NCBI GenBank assembly: GCA_016178625.1
Contig: JACOSX010000136.1
Span: forward strand, 1-61,346
Reading direction: 5' to 3'
DNA: 61,346 nt
Source of the DNA: Ignavibacteria bacterium
GTDB taxonomy: Bacteria > Bacteroidota > Ignavibacteria > UBA10030 > SZUA-254
The notes under the pieces were generated by a model. That model was not told the origin of the DNA. It made no database searches and saw only the letters and a program-made list of their open reading frames with translations. Below are positions 20,231 to 29,785 of the stretch, in pieces; position 1 is the first letter of the stretch; the number at the start of each line of letters is the position of its first letter. Both the position numbers and the translations under genes were made by a program.

Positions 20231-20755
20231 CTATACGTACCGCGTCTTCAAGATTTCCAAATGATGTCGTTCGTGTCCAACAAGAATATACGCAAGCGAA
20301 CGAACCGTGAATTCACAATCGCTCGCAATGCCGCGACGCTTCCATGCCTCTTCGGTCAATTGCCGGAAGAAGCACAGATTTGATCTCCGAACGAGCTCGA
20401 ATTCGGTGACTACATCTTCGAGCCGTTGAGTTCCAAATGTAGCAGCTTTCATCCAATCGTCCTGTTCCATGCTGGGCAGTGCCCCTGGGGTGCTGCGAGC
20501 AAAGAATAAAGCGCGGTGTGCAAAGACCCGTTCGGCATCACTCACATGCCCAATCACTTCCTTGACACTCCACTTGCCCGGCGCATAGCGTTTGTCACCG
20601 GCGGAATTCGGCAGAGAGCGGAGAAACCCAAGCGTCTGTTCTATCTGAAGAGCCATTGCCTGGATAATATCGTTCTCGGGTACAAGTTGAATGTATTTCC
20701 CATAATAGGGAGCGTGCTCTGATGAGTCAGGTCTTCCGGTTGCAAAGTGCGACAT
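20231..20755 (-). CDS. DinB family protein
   Basis: YYGKYI, YAPGKWSVKEVIGHVSDAERVF and GHERHH motifs; start probably MSHF at 20755. Confidence 0.9.
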   Translation of the reverse strand: MSHFATGRPDSSEHAPYYGKYIQLVPENDIIQAMALQIEQTLGFLRSLPNSAGDKRYAPGKWSVKEVIGHVSDAERVFAHRALFFARSTPGALPSMEQDDWMKAATFGTQRLEDVVTEFELVRRSNLCFFRQLTEEAWKRRGIASDCEFTVRSLAYILVGHERHHLEILKTRYV

Positions 20756-20816
20756 TGGTTCTCTCTTTCTTTGAAGAAATGTAGGAAGAAAGGTGGATAG
20801 TGTCAACTATCGAAAG

Positions 20817-20849
20817 AAGAGCGACGCACCTTCGAGGTGCGTCGCTCTT
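20817..20849. repeat. Palindromic repeat (GCGACGCAC family), copy 1
   Basis: AAGAGCGACGCACC-TTCGA-GGTGCGTCGCTCTT; related copies at 32726-32774 and 41427-41461. Confidence 0.75.
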
Positions 20850-20852
20850 AGG

Positions 20853-20957
20853 CTACTCATATCGCAACGATTCCACCGGATCAACGCCCTCCGCTTTCCG
20901 AGCTGGAGATAATCCGGCAAGCAGACCGACACCGACGTCGATGAACACGGGTATCAA
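20853..20957 (-). pseudogene. Orphan C-terminal remnant of a MacB/FtsX-type ABC permease
   Basis: Manual translation gives LIPVFIDVGVGLLAGLSPARKAEGVDPVESLRYE*, with an in-frame TAG just upstream; resembles the C-termini of the permeases at 49302-53090 (e.g. PAWKAANLDPIESLRYE). Confidence 0.75.
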
Positions 20958-20983
20958 CTAAATGACTTGGAACGCTAGTGGAG

Positions 20984-21502
20984 TTATTTCTTGGAAGAAG
21001 TTTTATATCCCTCCTGCTCGAGCTTCATTGCTGCTTCTTCAACTTTTGTTTGAAGTTTGCGCTTGAAGTCCTGGAGTTTCTTTTCAATGTTCTTATCCGA
21101 CGTCCCAATAATTTGCGCGGCGAGGATTCCGGCATTCTCTGCACCGTTTAAGGCAACGGTTGCCACGGGAATGCCTGCTGGCATCTGGAGCATCGAGAGG
21201 ATGGAATCCCATCCATCCAGCGAGTTGCTTGATTTGATCGGGACGCCGATCACCGGAAGGGTCGTGAGAGAGGCAACGACACCCGGAAGGTGCGCCGCCC
21301 CGCCGGCTCCAGCAATGATCGCCAGTAATCCTCGTTCTCTCGCGGTCGAAGCGTACTTGAATGCTCGATCCGGTGTTCGGTGTGCCGAGACGATTGTCAT
21401 CTCAAAGGGAATGCCGAACGATTCGAGAATCCCCGCTGCTTCCGACATAATTGGGAGATCCGATTTACTTCCCATGATGATGCCGACCAAGGGTTTTTTC
21501 AT
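20984..21502 (-). CDS. purE: N5-carboxyaminoimidazole ribonucleotide mutase
   Basis: [25 protein letters not shown] and [11 protein letters not shown] motifs. Confidence 0.97.
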   Translation of the reverse strand: MKKPLVGIIMGSKSDLPIMSEAAGILESFGIPFEMTIVSAHRTPDRAFKYASTARERGLLAIIAGAGGAAHLPGVVASLTTLPVIGVPIKSSNSLDGWDSILSMLQMPAGIPVATVALNGAENAGILAAQIIGTSDKNIEKKLQDFKRKLQTKVEEAAMKLEQEGYKTSSKK

Positions 21503-21591
21503 GCAACGACTTTCAGGTTATGTCTAACAGAGAACGATTATTGCTTGAGAGAGGAACAATATAGAAAGGAAAACAATGCGATACAACTTTT

Positions 21592-21700
21592 GGTGCTGGC
21601 TCACTTTGAGAAATCACAGCGGTCACGGACCATTCCGTGACCGAATTCTGTGCTTGTGTCACGGTGTGGACCGTGACACCTGTGAAACTGAGCCACCACC
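21592..21700. mobile_element. MITE-like element, copy 2 (109 bp)
   Basis: Imperfect TIRs GGTGCTGGCTCACTTT / AAACTGAGCCACCACC; perfect 8-bp direct repeat CAACTTTT at 21584-21591 and 21701-21708. Confidence 0.88.
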
Positions 21701-21711
21701 CAACTTTTCGA

Positions 21712-22119
21712 TCACAACTCTGCTGTAATCACTGCATCTGCTTCGATTTCTACCAGCATGTCCGGGTGAATCAGTCTGCTGATTTCTACCATTGTTGTTG
21801 CCGGGCGGATCGCTCCGAAGAATTCTGCGTGCGCTTTACCGATGTTCTCCCAATCGTCGATATTCTTCACATACATCCTCGTGCGGACAACATCCTTCAA
21901 CGCAGCACCCGCCTTGTTGAGTGCGGCTTCAATGTTCCGGATCGCCTGTACCGTCTGTGTATATGGGTCGCCGACTCCGACAACAATCCCGCCAGCATCG
22001 GTAGCAGCTGTCCCGGTAACGAAGATGTGTTGTCCAACCCGGACTGCGCGCGAATATCCTACAATTGGCTCCCAACGCGTTCCGGAGGAGATGTTGATCC
22101 TTTGCATGTTGGCGTTCAA
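21712..22119 (-). CDS. RidA/YjgF/UK114 family protein
   Basis: [26 protein letters not shown] and VEIEADA motifs; start may be 22107. Confidence 0.92.
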   Translation of the reverse strand: MNANMQRINISSGTRWEPIVGYSRAVRVGQHIFVTGTAATDAGGIVVGVGDPYTQTVQAIRNIEAALNKAGAALKDVVRTRMYVKNIDDWENIGKAHAEFFGAIRPATTMVEISRLIHPDMLVEIEADAVITAEL

Positions 22120-22265
22120 TGACAGATGAATTTTAGAACACTCCTGAACTACATGAAGGAACGCGGCGTGAATGCTCTTCGCTTCGTAACCGCATCAACG
22201 TACGATACCCCACGGTACCGCATTGATGAGGTGCATAGTGTCCATCGTCATCGGGCATGAAGTCG

Positions 22266-22658
22266 TTAGTTCGCCATCGCACGGAGCGTGAACCGTGGGA
22301 TCGCCACCCGATAATATTCTCCCTTCCCTCGCTGCATCAGATATGTGCCTTCCATGGTGCCTTCAAAAGTTTCGAGAATGCAGAAGCTATTGTACTCGTG
22401 CGCTTCTCCCGGTGCAATCACGGGCTGCTTGCCCACCACGCCTTCGCCTTCAACTTCTTCCACGCGTCCGCCGGCATGATTGATAAACCAGTGTCGCCTG
22501 AGGAGCTGTACGTTCTCGGTGCCATGGTTTTCAATACGGACGAAGTAAGCGAACACAAACTTCCGAGCTAAGACGTCGGATTGACCATCGAGATAGACAG
22601 GTCGTACCCTGATGGTAATATCTGCCGTTGTTGCTGAGTATGTGTTTGTAGTGTTCAT
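22266..22658 (-). CDS. apaG: ApaG (DUF525) protein
   Basis: FAYFVRIEN, QLLRRHW, VEGEGVVGKQP and GTMEGTY motifs. Confidence 0.95.
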   Translation of the reverse strand: MNTTNTYSATTADITIRVRPVYLDGQSDVLARKFVFAYFVRIENHGTENVQLLRRHWFINHAGGRVEEVEGEGVVGKQPVIAPGEAHEYNSFCILETFEGTMEGTYLMQRGKGEYYRVAIPRFTLRAMAN

Positions 22659-22737
22659 ATCTCACTAGATTCTATAGCCGACAGGGAAACCACCCAATTG
22701 TACAAATTTTCTTGGTCAAATGGAAATCATCTCGTGC

Positions 22738-23352
22738 CTACAGTTTCGATGTGTCTGATGAATAAATTTTTTTCTCCAAGTGTCGCTTCACTGTGGGCCA
22801 TTCCGTATCGATGATGCTGTAATACACCGAGTGCCTGATCCGTCCATTGGGAGCAATCATGTGGTTTCGTAGGATGCCCTCTTCCTTTGCCCCAATCCGC
22901 ACGAGCGCGTTGCGCGATTGATGGTTCAATGAGTCGGTTTTGAACTCTACACGGATGCAACCGAGAGTCTCAAATGCATGCTTCAATAAAAGGTACTTTG
23001 TTTCGGTGTTTACAATAGTTCGCTGCCACGTTCGCGCAACCCATGTCCAGCCGATCTCCAGTCGGCGATTTGCGCTATCAATATTTCCGTAACGCGTGCT
23101 GCCGACGGCTTCGCCGGATGATTTCTCGATGATGACGAAGGGCAGTGCTGTTCCCTCCGCCTGCCACGTAAGAGCGGTCTCGATATACTGGCGCATATCG
23201 TCGGGTGTGCGGATGAGCGTCATGGTAACTTTCCATAGCCCTGGATCGAGACCGACTTGACAAAGCGCAGCGTGGTGGCTGAGGGAGAGCGGCTCGAGTC
23301 GAACGTGAGTTCCATCGAGTGTCAGCGGATGAATGAGCGTCGTACCGCTCAT
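22738..23352 (-). CDS. GNAT (RimJ/RimL-like) N-acetyltransferase
   Basis: VRLEPL, LEIGWTW, RVEFKTD.LN.QS and GAKEEGILRNH motifs; start at 23352 or 23373. Confidence 0.9.
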   Translation of the reverse strand: MSGTTLIHPLTLDGTHVRLEPLSLSHHAALCQVGLDPGLWKVTMTLIRTPDDMRQYIETALTWQAEGTALPFVIIEKSSGEAVGSTRYGNIDSANRRLEIGWTWVARTWQRTIVNTETKYLLLKHAFETLGCIRVEFKTDSLNHQSRNALVRIGAKEEGILRNHMIAPNGRIRHSVYYSIIDTEWPTVKRHLEKKIYSSDTSKL

Positions 23353-23365
23353 CTGTGTTTTCAGC

Positions 23366-24703
23366 TCAGGCATTTTTCTTCCAATAGAGATATGCAGGCA
23401 CGCCAAGAAGAATGATTCCTACCCCAATGAGCGCATCCCGAGGATCTTCTATGATAGTGGTGACAACAAGATAGAGTGAAAAGATGATGAAGATGAGCGG
23501 TGTGATCGGATAGCCCCATGTCTTGTATGACCGATGCACATTCGGGGATTTTTTTCGCAGTAGGAATACCGCCCCGCATGACATCGCGTAGAAAATCCAA
23601 GACGCAAACACGACGTACGTTGTAAGTTGGTCGAACGTTCCTGTAAGGATAAGCATACACGCCAGAAGCGCTTGCACGAGGAGCGATGGGATCGGTGTGC
23701 GATATGTGGGATGGGTGTTGCCTAACCATCGGAAGAACATCCCTTCCTTTGCCATCGCATAATAAATGCGCGGACAGGTAAAGATAAACCCGTTGTTTGC
23801 TCCGAACGTTGAGACGATCACCGCGACGGCGACCAGCGAAGCACCAATCGGTCCCATGATTTTCGTCGCGCTATCCGATGCCACAAGCTCCGAATGCGAC
23901 ATGTGATTGAGCGATAGGACGAACATATATGCACAGTTAATGAGCACATAGCTGAGGATGACGATCATTGTCGCAATGATCAATGAGCGAGGGAGAACTC
24001 GCTGGGGATCTTTTACTTCTCCGGCAACGTATGTGATTTCGATCCATCCATCATAGGACCAGAGCACCGCGACCATTGCCAATCCGAGCGGACCAGTGAG
24101 TGTCGACAATTGTACTGTCGGGAATACGGGGGAAAAATTTGAGATGGAACCGCCGCTGAGAATGAAACTCAAGCCGGCAAGGAGCGTGAGCGCGCCGATT
24201 TTTGCAAGTGTAAAGCCATTTTGCACGAGCGCGCCCAATTTGATGCCGTAACAGTTGATTGCTGTGAGCAAGAGAATGGAGGCAATGGCAACAATTCGTA
24301 TCCCCGTTGGACTCAATGGGAAAAAATATCCGAGATACGCGGCGCACGTAACAGCCACTGCCGCAATAGATGCAGTGTTGATCACGGCAAAGGCGGACCA
24401 TCCATACAGAAATCCCCACAAAGGACTGTACGCTTCGCGAAGATACACGTACTGACCGCCCGCTCGAGGCATGAGCGCTCCCAATTCTGCTACAGACAGC
24501 GCTCCGAAGAGACTCACAACGCCACCAACAATCCAGACGAAAATGATTAACGAAGATGACTGGAGATACATAGCGATCACTGCCGGCACAATGAAAATGC
24601 CCGAGCCGATCATACTGCCGACGTTGATCATCGTTGAATCGAGGAGAGAGAGCTCTCGGCGAAGGTCGGGGTCTGGTCCGGTATCGTGCACCTGCTGATT
24701 CAT
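23366..24703 (-). CDS. APC-family (LAT/SteT-like) amino acid permease
   Basis: GSMIGSGIF, AELGALMPRAGGQY, WSYDGW and GEVKDP motifs; about 12 TM helices. Confidence 0.93.
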   Translation of the reverse strand: MNQQVHDTGPDPDLRRELSLLDSTMINVGSMIGSGIFIVPAVIAMYLQSSSLIIFVWIVGGVVSLFGALSVAELGALMPRAGGQYVYLREAYSPLWGFLYGWSAFAVINTASIAAVAVTCAAYLGYFFPLSPTGIRIVAIASILLLTAINCYGIKLGALVQNGFTLAKIGALTLLAGLSFILSGGSISNFSPVFPTVQLSTLTGPLGLAMVAVLWSYDGWIEITYVAGEVKDPQRVLPRSLIIATMIVILSYVLINCAYMFVLSLNHMSHSELVASDSATKIMGPIGASLVAVAVIVSTFGANNGFIFTCPRIYYAMAKEGMFFRWLGNTHPTYRTPIPSLLVQALLACMLILTGTFDQLTTYVVFASWIFYAMSCGAVFLLRKKSPNVHRSYKTWGYPITPLIFIIFSLYLVVTTIIEDPRDALIGVGIILLGVPAYLYWKKNA

Positions 24704-24867
24704 TCGTGTCTGATCTTTGTATGTCTTCGAGTCTTAGTGTATTCGTGACAAACTTCCAACATCCTCTTCACGCTGGGAGAGTGGCTTGAATCCGGCTTGG
24801 TGATTCTTTGTGTCTCGGCGACTTTGTGGTATTTCTTTTTCCTCCCTGCGATTGCCTGCAACACTCC

Positions 24868-25986
24868 TCAACGATCCATGATTGCGCGGTACGCCTTCTT
24901 TAACAGGCATTGGAAATGATACACACCTCTCTCCATTTCAACGGAGAACCGTCCCTTGTCGTATGCCATCGACTCCAAACCTTGCTGGACATGTTCACAG
25001 ATCTGCATGTCTTCATGTTGGACATGGTCGCTGTACTTGATATCTTCTTCGGCCATTTTGCGAGCGTGAGGTGACGTAATATCATCATAATAATAATCGA
25101 AGATGACCCTTGTCGTATTATGACTCAGTGGAACAACGAGATTGGTTTGAAGTCGACCGGGGAGAATATTCAGCATGAAGTTGGGGAAGATAAAATAATA
25201 CAATGCTGCACCGCCGTCTTTCCCGTAGAGAGTGTCGGTGCCGGTTAAGGGGCTATGCTGGAGCGAATAGTATTCAAAGATTTCGGTGATATAGTTCTGA
25301 TAATCCAATAGGGTGCACAGCTCAGGATGGACATACGGGAGATGGTACCCCTCGAGGTAGTTATCGACGTACACCTTCCAGTTACATCTGACCTCATAGT
25401 TGATACGGCGAAAGAACTTCGTATCTGCCAACCGTCGTGGAGCAATCCTTTCTGAAATTCCGTTAACGACCGATTGCAGGGTGGGCGAATTTGCTTTTCT
25501 CTTCGAGAGATTTACGAAGATCAAGCCATCCCATATTTCGAGTTGCACAGGAATCAATCCGTAGTCCTTCCGATCAAACAACTCAACACGATCGAACTGT
25601 GGAACACCTCGCAGGCTGCCATCGAGCAAATATGTCCAGCCGTGATACTTGCACTGGAGTGCGTTACAGCTCCCATGGTCATCAATGGCGAGAGGTCCGC
25701 CGCGGTGGCGGCAAACGTTGAAGAACGCCCGAAGGAGGTTATCCTTTCCTCGTACAATGATCACCGGATTATCAGCGACAGTACCAGCCAAATAATCTCC
25801 ATGGTTCTGGACGCGCGACACGTGCCCGACATATTGCCACGTCTCGGGAAAAAGATGTTGCTTATCGAAATCATGATAGCGCGGTTCTGTGTACAAGCGC
25901 GAGGGAATCGTCTCAGAGCGTTCTATGGGAACGATCATAAGATCGGATTCAACAAAGCTCGGCGTAGAGTTGTTATTCATTACCAC
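24868..25986 (-). CDS. Rieske non-heme iron oxygenase alpha subunit (choline monooxygenase-like)
   Basis: Rieske ligands NVCRHRG...CKYHGW; mononuclear Fe motif NWKVYVDNYLEGYHLPYVH; ED...CE.VQ.G. Confidence 0.9.
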   Translation of the reverse strand: MVMNNNSTPSFVESDLMIVPIERSETIPSRLYTEPRYHDFDKQHLFPETWQYVGHVSRVQNHGDYLAGTVADNPVIIVRGKDNLLRAFFNVCRHRGGPLAIDDHGSCNALQCKYHGWTYLLDGSLRGVPQFDRVELFDRKDYGLIPVQLEIWDGLIFVNLSKRKANSPTLQSVVNGISERIAPRRLADTKFFRRINYEVRCNWKVYVDNYLEGYHLPYVHPELCTLLDYQNYITEIFEYYSLQHSPLTGTDTLYGKDGGAALYYFIFPNFMLNILPGRLQTNLVVPLSHNTTRVIFDYYYDDITSPHARKMAEEDIKYSDHVQHEDMQICEHVQQGLESMAYDKGRFSVEMERGVYHFQCLLKKAYRAIMDR

Positions 25987-26025
25987 ATGTCTCCAGATCG
26001 TTGGAAATACAATGATTTCACAGCA

Positions 26026-26627
26026 TTAGTGTTTAAATTTTATCAATCGACCCCGCAGGGTTTTCTTTTCTTTCACACTTGTCTCAGTCTTGGTGCTCGA
26101 TTTCACTTTGTCGTCTTTCAATTTCGTCTCACTGTTGGTTGCAGTCTCTTCGCCGGTGACGCGCCGCTCAAGTCCGCTGAGGATGATGCCATCGGCGCCC
26201 TTCTGTTTTGCCTCGTCGATCATTTTGTTCTGCATCTTCTCGGCGTTGGTGAAGATATTGTCCTCGGTTTCGGCGGTGAGCTCCCCCATCACTTCATAAT
26301 CGCCCTTGATATCATTTTCTGAAAAATAAAGCATCCCCGCAGCAAGCTGCGGGGTATTAAGGGCGTAGCCCAAATTCTCCGTCATTCCGAAATGTTTCTG
26401 TTCGGAATCTAAACGCAGGGCTACGCTGATTGGCAACACTTGGATGCTGAACAAAAGCATTTCAGCATGACGAGGCCAAAAAGAACGAAGCAAGCTTCGG
26501 GGTATTAAACCCGAAGGGAATAAATCTCCACATGGTTTGTTGACGGATACGACTTTCCAACATAATCCGTACTGACGCATGAGGTCAGAAAAAGAAAGAA
26601 TACTGCTACAACTGTCGATCGGTTCAT
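26026..26627 (-). pseudogene. Lipoprotein gene (135 aa when restored) frameshifted by a 194-bp insertion
   Basis: AGGAGG SD and ATG at 26627 give MNRSTVVAVFFLFLTSC (lipobox)...NHVEIY; removing 26331-26524 restores the frame into FSENDIKGDYEV...AKQKGADGII. Confidence 0.85.
26331..26518. mobile_element. Non-autonomous palindromic insertion (IS200/IS605-derived MITE-like)
   Basis: Bounded by AATAAA at 26325-26330 and 26519-26524; subterminal hairpins share AGCAAGCT(G/T)CGGGGTATTAA (26341-26360, 26489-26508); no TIR and no transposase. Confidence 0.75.
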
Positions 26628-26667
26628 GAAGTCCTCCTAAGGAGTTTTGACGAACGAAGCATACACA

Positions 26668-27957
26668 TTAAAGTTGTGTTTTCATGATGATCACGTCGTG
26701 GCGCTTCTCGACGGGGAATATTGTGCCGTCAGGACTGAAACTATCGTATTGACTGTTAGCAATGTAATAAAACGTGTTGCCAACAACAACCCCTGTTGTG
26801 GGTTGATCGAAGAGGGGATTATACGATTCGATGATGAATGAACTGTCGACTCGATCCAATGTCGAATTCAAATAGTATCGGGCAACGCGGTGTGCACCTG
26901 TCTGGATCGTGATCAAGCTGTTCTTGTAGAAATACATTCCATCGATACCAAGCATCGTTGTCGTTTCAGGTCGCTTGAGCTGAGCATCCGCCGTTGCGCT
27001 CAGGTCGATGACGGAGACTCCTTCGTCGTGTGCGACGAAGAGATGCTTCTCGTCGCTCAATAGTGCGACGCCGTTCGCTCCGGGGAATGCGCCGGGCTTT
27101 CCGAAGAGTTCAAGAATGTCCTTCCGGTGATCGATCAAATATACTTCGCCAGCCTGTGTGTCGGAAATATACACATCTCCTGCGGCGTTAAGGACGAGAT
27201 CGTTGAAGAGATGATGCTGTGGCTTGTTGGGAAGGAGATATTTTTTAATGAGCTTCCGGGACGTGAGATCATACTTGAAGATGCCGGTAAGCCCGCGCTC
27301 GTCTTCGTTGAATCCCTTCATCCGTACCTCCCAACTGCTTGCAGCCCACAGGATTCTGCGCTTCGCATCCACCTTCATGCCGATGACGCTCCACAGTCCA
27401 TCCTGTTTTTCGGTTGTGAAGTCGCTGAATGTCCCATCCTTTGCGATGCTGATGATCTTGCACAGGTACAAGCTTCCAGCGTAGAAGGTTTCTGTTATCG
27501 GATCGTACGCAATGTTTTCGGGGATGAGATCCTTCTGATGAATCGTAAATGCTACTTCGCTGTGACTAATGGGGATCCGACGCTTCTCGATCTTTGTGCG
27601 GATGTTTTTGTACTCTTCCGTACCTCTGAGCGACTGGAAATCCGGTTCATCGTCCATGTTGAAGTCGAGACCCATGTCTGCGATGCCCTTGATCAATGTG
27701 AGCGCTTCCTGCTTTTCTCCGATCAACGCATCGGCACACGCCATATTGTATATTGCCGCAGGGTTTTTCGGCGCGAGCGTGACCGCCTGTTTGCAATGCT
27801 CGACGAACCTTACAGTATCATGGGTATCGTACGCCTTGCGCGCCCCTCGCAAGTAGTAGCTGAGATTTTTGGTGGTGTCTTGCTGGGCATGGCAATAGGA
27901 TGCAAGTGAGGTAGAGAGTACGCAGACGAAGATGATTATCTCGTAAGAGGTTTTCAT
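26668..27957 (-). CDS. Secreted TPR plus SMP-30/gluconolactonase-like beta-propeller protein
   Basis: Signal peptide; TPR-like AIYNMACADAL; propeller motifs LIPENIAYD, GMKVD, FNDLVL...YISDT, ANGVA and GIDGM. Confidence 0.75.
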   Translation of the reverse strand: MKTSYEIIIFVCVLSTSLASYCHAQQDTTKNLSYYLRGARKAYDTHDTVRFVEHCKQAVTLAPKNPAAIYNMACADALIGEKQEALTLIKGIADMGLDFNMDDEPDFQSLRGTEEYKNIRTKIEKRRIPISHSEVAFTIHQKDLIPENIAYDPITETFYAGSLYLCKIISIAKDGTFSDFTTEKQDGLWSVIGMKVDAKRRILWAASSWEVRMKGFNEDERGLTGIFKYDLTSRKLIKKYLLPNKPQHHLFNDLVLNAAGDVYISDTQAGEVYLIDHRKDILELFGKPGAFPGANGVALLSDEKHLFVAHDEGVSVIDLSATADAQLKRPETTTMLGIDGMYFYKNSLITIQTGAHRVARYYLNSTLDRVDSSFIIESYNPLFDQPTTGVVVGNTFYYIANSQYDSFSPDGTIFPVEKRHDVIIMKTQL

Positions 27958-28101
27958 TTGAATGTTAAAAATATAGGTCGAAAGTGACGTTGAGATGTCT
28001 TTCAGGCTGAAACATTGGTTAGACTACATTTGTATCGCGCATCTGGAGAAACAGTTTTCCAAAAGAAGCAGCACGTAGGGTTAATAATTCCGGAATTTGA
28101 A

Positions 28102-28130
28102 AATGTACCAATAATACCTTCAACTGTCAA
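28102..28130 (-). promoter_or_regulatory. sigma70-type promoter for the TPR-propeller/lipoprotein genes
   Basis: Minus strand TTGACA-N17-TACATT; 25 of 29 nt identical to the promoter at 18581-18609. Confidence 0.6.
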
Positions 28131-28139
28131 ACACGTCTG

Positions 28140-28184
28140 GTAGGACGGGACTCCCGTCCGGTCGGAACAGGAGTTCCGACCTAC
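28140..28184. repeat. GTAG-type REP-like inverted pair
   Basis: GTAGGACGGGACTCCCGTCC followed by GTCGGAAC..GTTCCGACCTAC; related GTAGGACGGGA unit at 57391. Confidence 0.6.
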
Positions 28185-28240
28185 CATGAAGTCTGGCAAC
28201 TCTCCACAAAATTTCCTATATTTTTAAAACCTCAAAGCAA

Positions 28241-29785
28241 ATGCCCAAACGTACAGACCTCCATTCCATTCTCATCATAGGCGCGGGACCGATTGTGATC
28301 GGCCAGGCGTGTGAGTTTGATTATTCAGGCACTCAGGCGTGCAAAGTGTTGCGCGAAGAAGGCTACCGTGTCATTCTTGTCAACAGTAATCCGGCAACGA
28401 TCATGACCGATCCGGAATTTGCCGATCGGACATATATCGAGCCCATCACTCCATATTTTGTCGGGAAGATTATCGAGCGGGAGAGACCGGATGCACTGTT
28501 GCCCACGATGGGCGGTCAGACGGCGCTGAACACAGCCGTCGCACTGGCTGAGGATGGTGTGCTCGATACCTATGGTGTCGAATTGATCGGAGCAAAGCTT
28601 GAGGCGATCAAGAAAGCAGAGAATCGTGAGCTCTTCCAGAAGACAATGCGAGAGATTGGGCTGGAGACTCCGAGAGGAAATTTCGTTCGCTCCGTTGATG
28701 AGGCAGCGGCGTTTGCTGAGAAGGTTGGCTTCCCGATCATCATCCGACCGTCGTTTACACTTGGTGGAACAGGCGGAGGAACGGTATTCAGTGCAGAGGA
28801 ATACCACGCCAAAGTCGGTCACGCACTTGCGGCAAGCCCAATTCACGAGACGTTGGTGGAAGAATCCGTCATTGGCTGGAAGGAATTCGAGCTTGAAGTG
28901 ATGCGCGACTTGAAAGACAATGTAGTTATCATCTGCTCGATAGAGAACGTTGATCCGATGGGTGTGCACACAGGCGATTCGATCACAGTCGCGCCGGCCC
29001 AGACACTCACCGATAAAGAATACCAATTCATGCGTGATGCCGCCAAGAGAATCATCCGCGCCATTGGTGTAGAGACCGGCGGATCGAACATCCAGTTTGC
29101 TGTGAATCCTGATGACGGCCGCATGCTCATCATCGAAATGAATCCACGCGTCTCTCGCTCATCGGCGCTTGCATCCAAAGCAACTGGATTCCCGATCGCG
29201 AAGATCGCGGCGAAACTCTCGGTTGGGTATACCCTCGATGAGATTCCCAATGACATCACCAAGAAAACGCCGGCATCGTTTGAGCCGACGATTGATTACT
29301 GCGTCGTAAAAATCCCCCGCTGGGACTTCGAGAAGTTCAAAGGCGTCGATGATACGCTCGGGGTGCAGATGAAATCGGTTGGCGAGGCGATGGCGTTTGG
29401 CAGGACATTCAAAGAAGCATTGCAGAAGGCGCTCCGCTCACTGGAACAGGGGCGTTACGGCTTGGGTGCGGACGGGAAGGATGAGTTCGAGATTGCGTTG
29501 CTCGACGACGAAAGCAAACGGCGGTGGAGAGAACGCGTTGTCAATCGATTGCGACAACCGAAAGCAGATAACATTTTTTATTTGCGGTATGCAATCCAAC
29601 TCGGGATGACAGTCGACGAGCTGTTTGAGATTACAAAGATAGATCGATGGTTCCTCTATAATGTTCAGCAAATTGTGGAGATGGAAGAGGAGCTAAAGGA
29701 ATATGAGTTACCAAGTCAAAAGTATCCCGAGGGGATACCTTCGGCAAAAATTCAAGGTTCAAAAACATTCCCGGATATGGAGTGA
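28241..29785 (+). CDS. carB: Carbamoyl-phosphate synthase large subunit, N-terminal part (carboxyphosphate domain plus part of the oligomerisation domain)
   Basis: [25 protein letters not shown] and [18 protein letters not shown]; ends shortly after IDRWFL with a tail that does not look like CarB. Confidence 0.93.
   Translation: MPKRTDLHSILIIGAGPIVIGQACEFDYSGTQACKVLREEGYRVILVNSNPATIMTDPEFADRTYIEPITPYFVGKIIERERPDALLPTMGGQTALNTAVALAEDGVLDTYGVELIGAKLEAIKKAENRELFQKTMREIGLETPRGNFVRSVDEAAAFAEKVGFPIIIRPSFTLGGTGGGTVFSAEEYHAKVGHALAASPIHETLVEESVIGWKEFELEVMRDLKDNVVIICSIENVDPMGVHTGDSITVAPAQTLTDKEYQFMRDAAKRIIRAIGVETGGSNIQFAVNPDDGRMLIIEMNPRVSRSSALASKATGFPIAKIAAKLSVGYTLDEIPNDITKKTPASFEPTIDYCVVKIPRWDFEKFKGVDDTLGVQMKSVGEAMAFGRTFKEALQKALRSLEQGRYGLGADGKDEFEIALLDDESKRRWRERVVNRLRQPKADNIFYLRYAIQLGMTVDELFEITKIDRWFLYNVQQIVEMEEELKEYELPSQKYPEGIPSAKIQGSKTFPDME

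Noticed and set aside
24704-24867. tRNA-like or riboswitch sequence between the Rieske and permease genes
   Set aside because: No cloverleaf or T-loop consensus and no recognisable aptamer; only low-complexity CTTTGTG-type repeats
26026-26580. 184-aa ORF as an intact gene
   Set aside because: Its N-terminal 84 codons are an off-frame read of the real 5' end plus translated insertion sequence (LIPRSLLRS, NTPQLAAG); the true start is 26627
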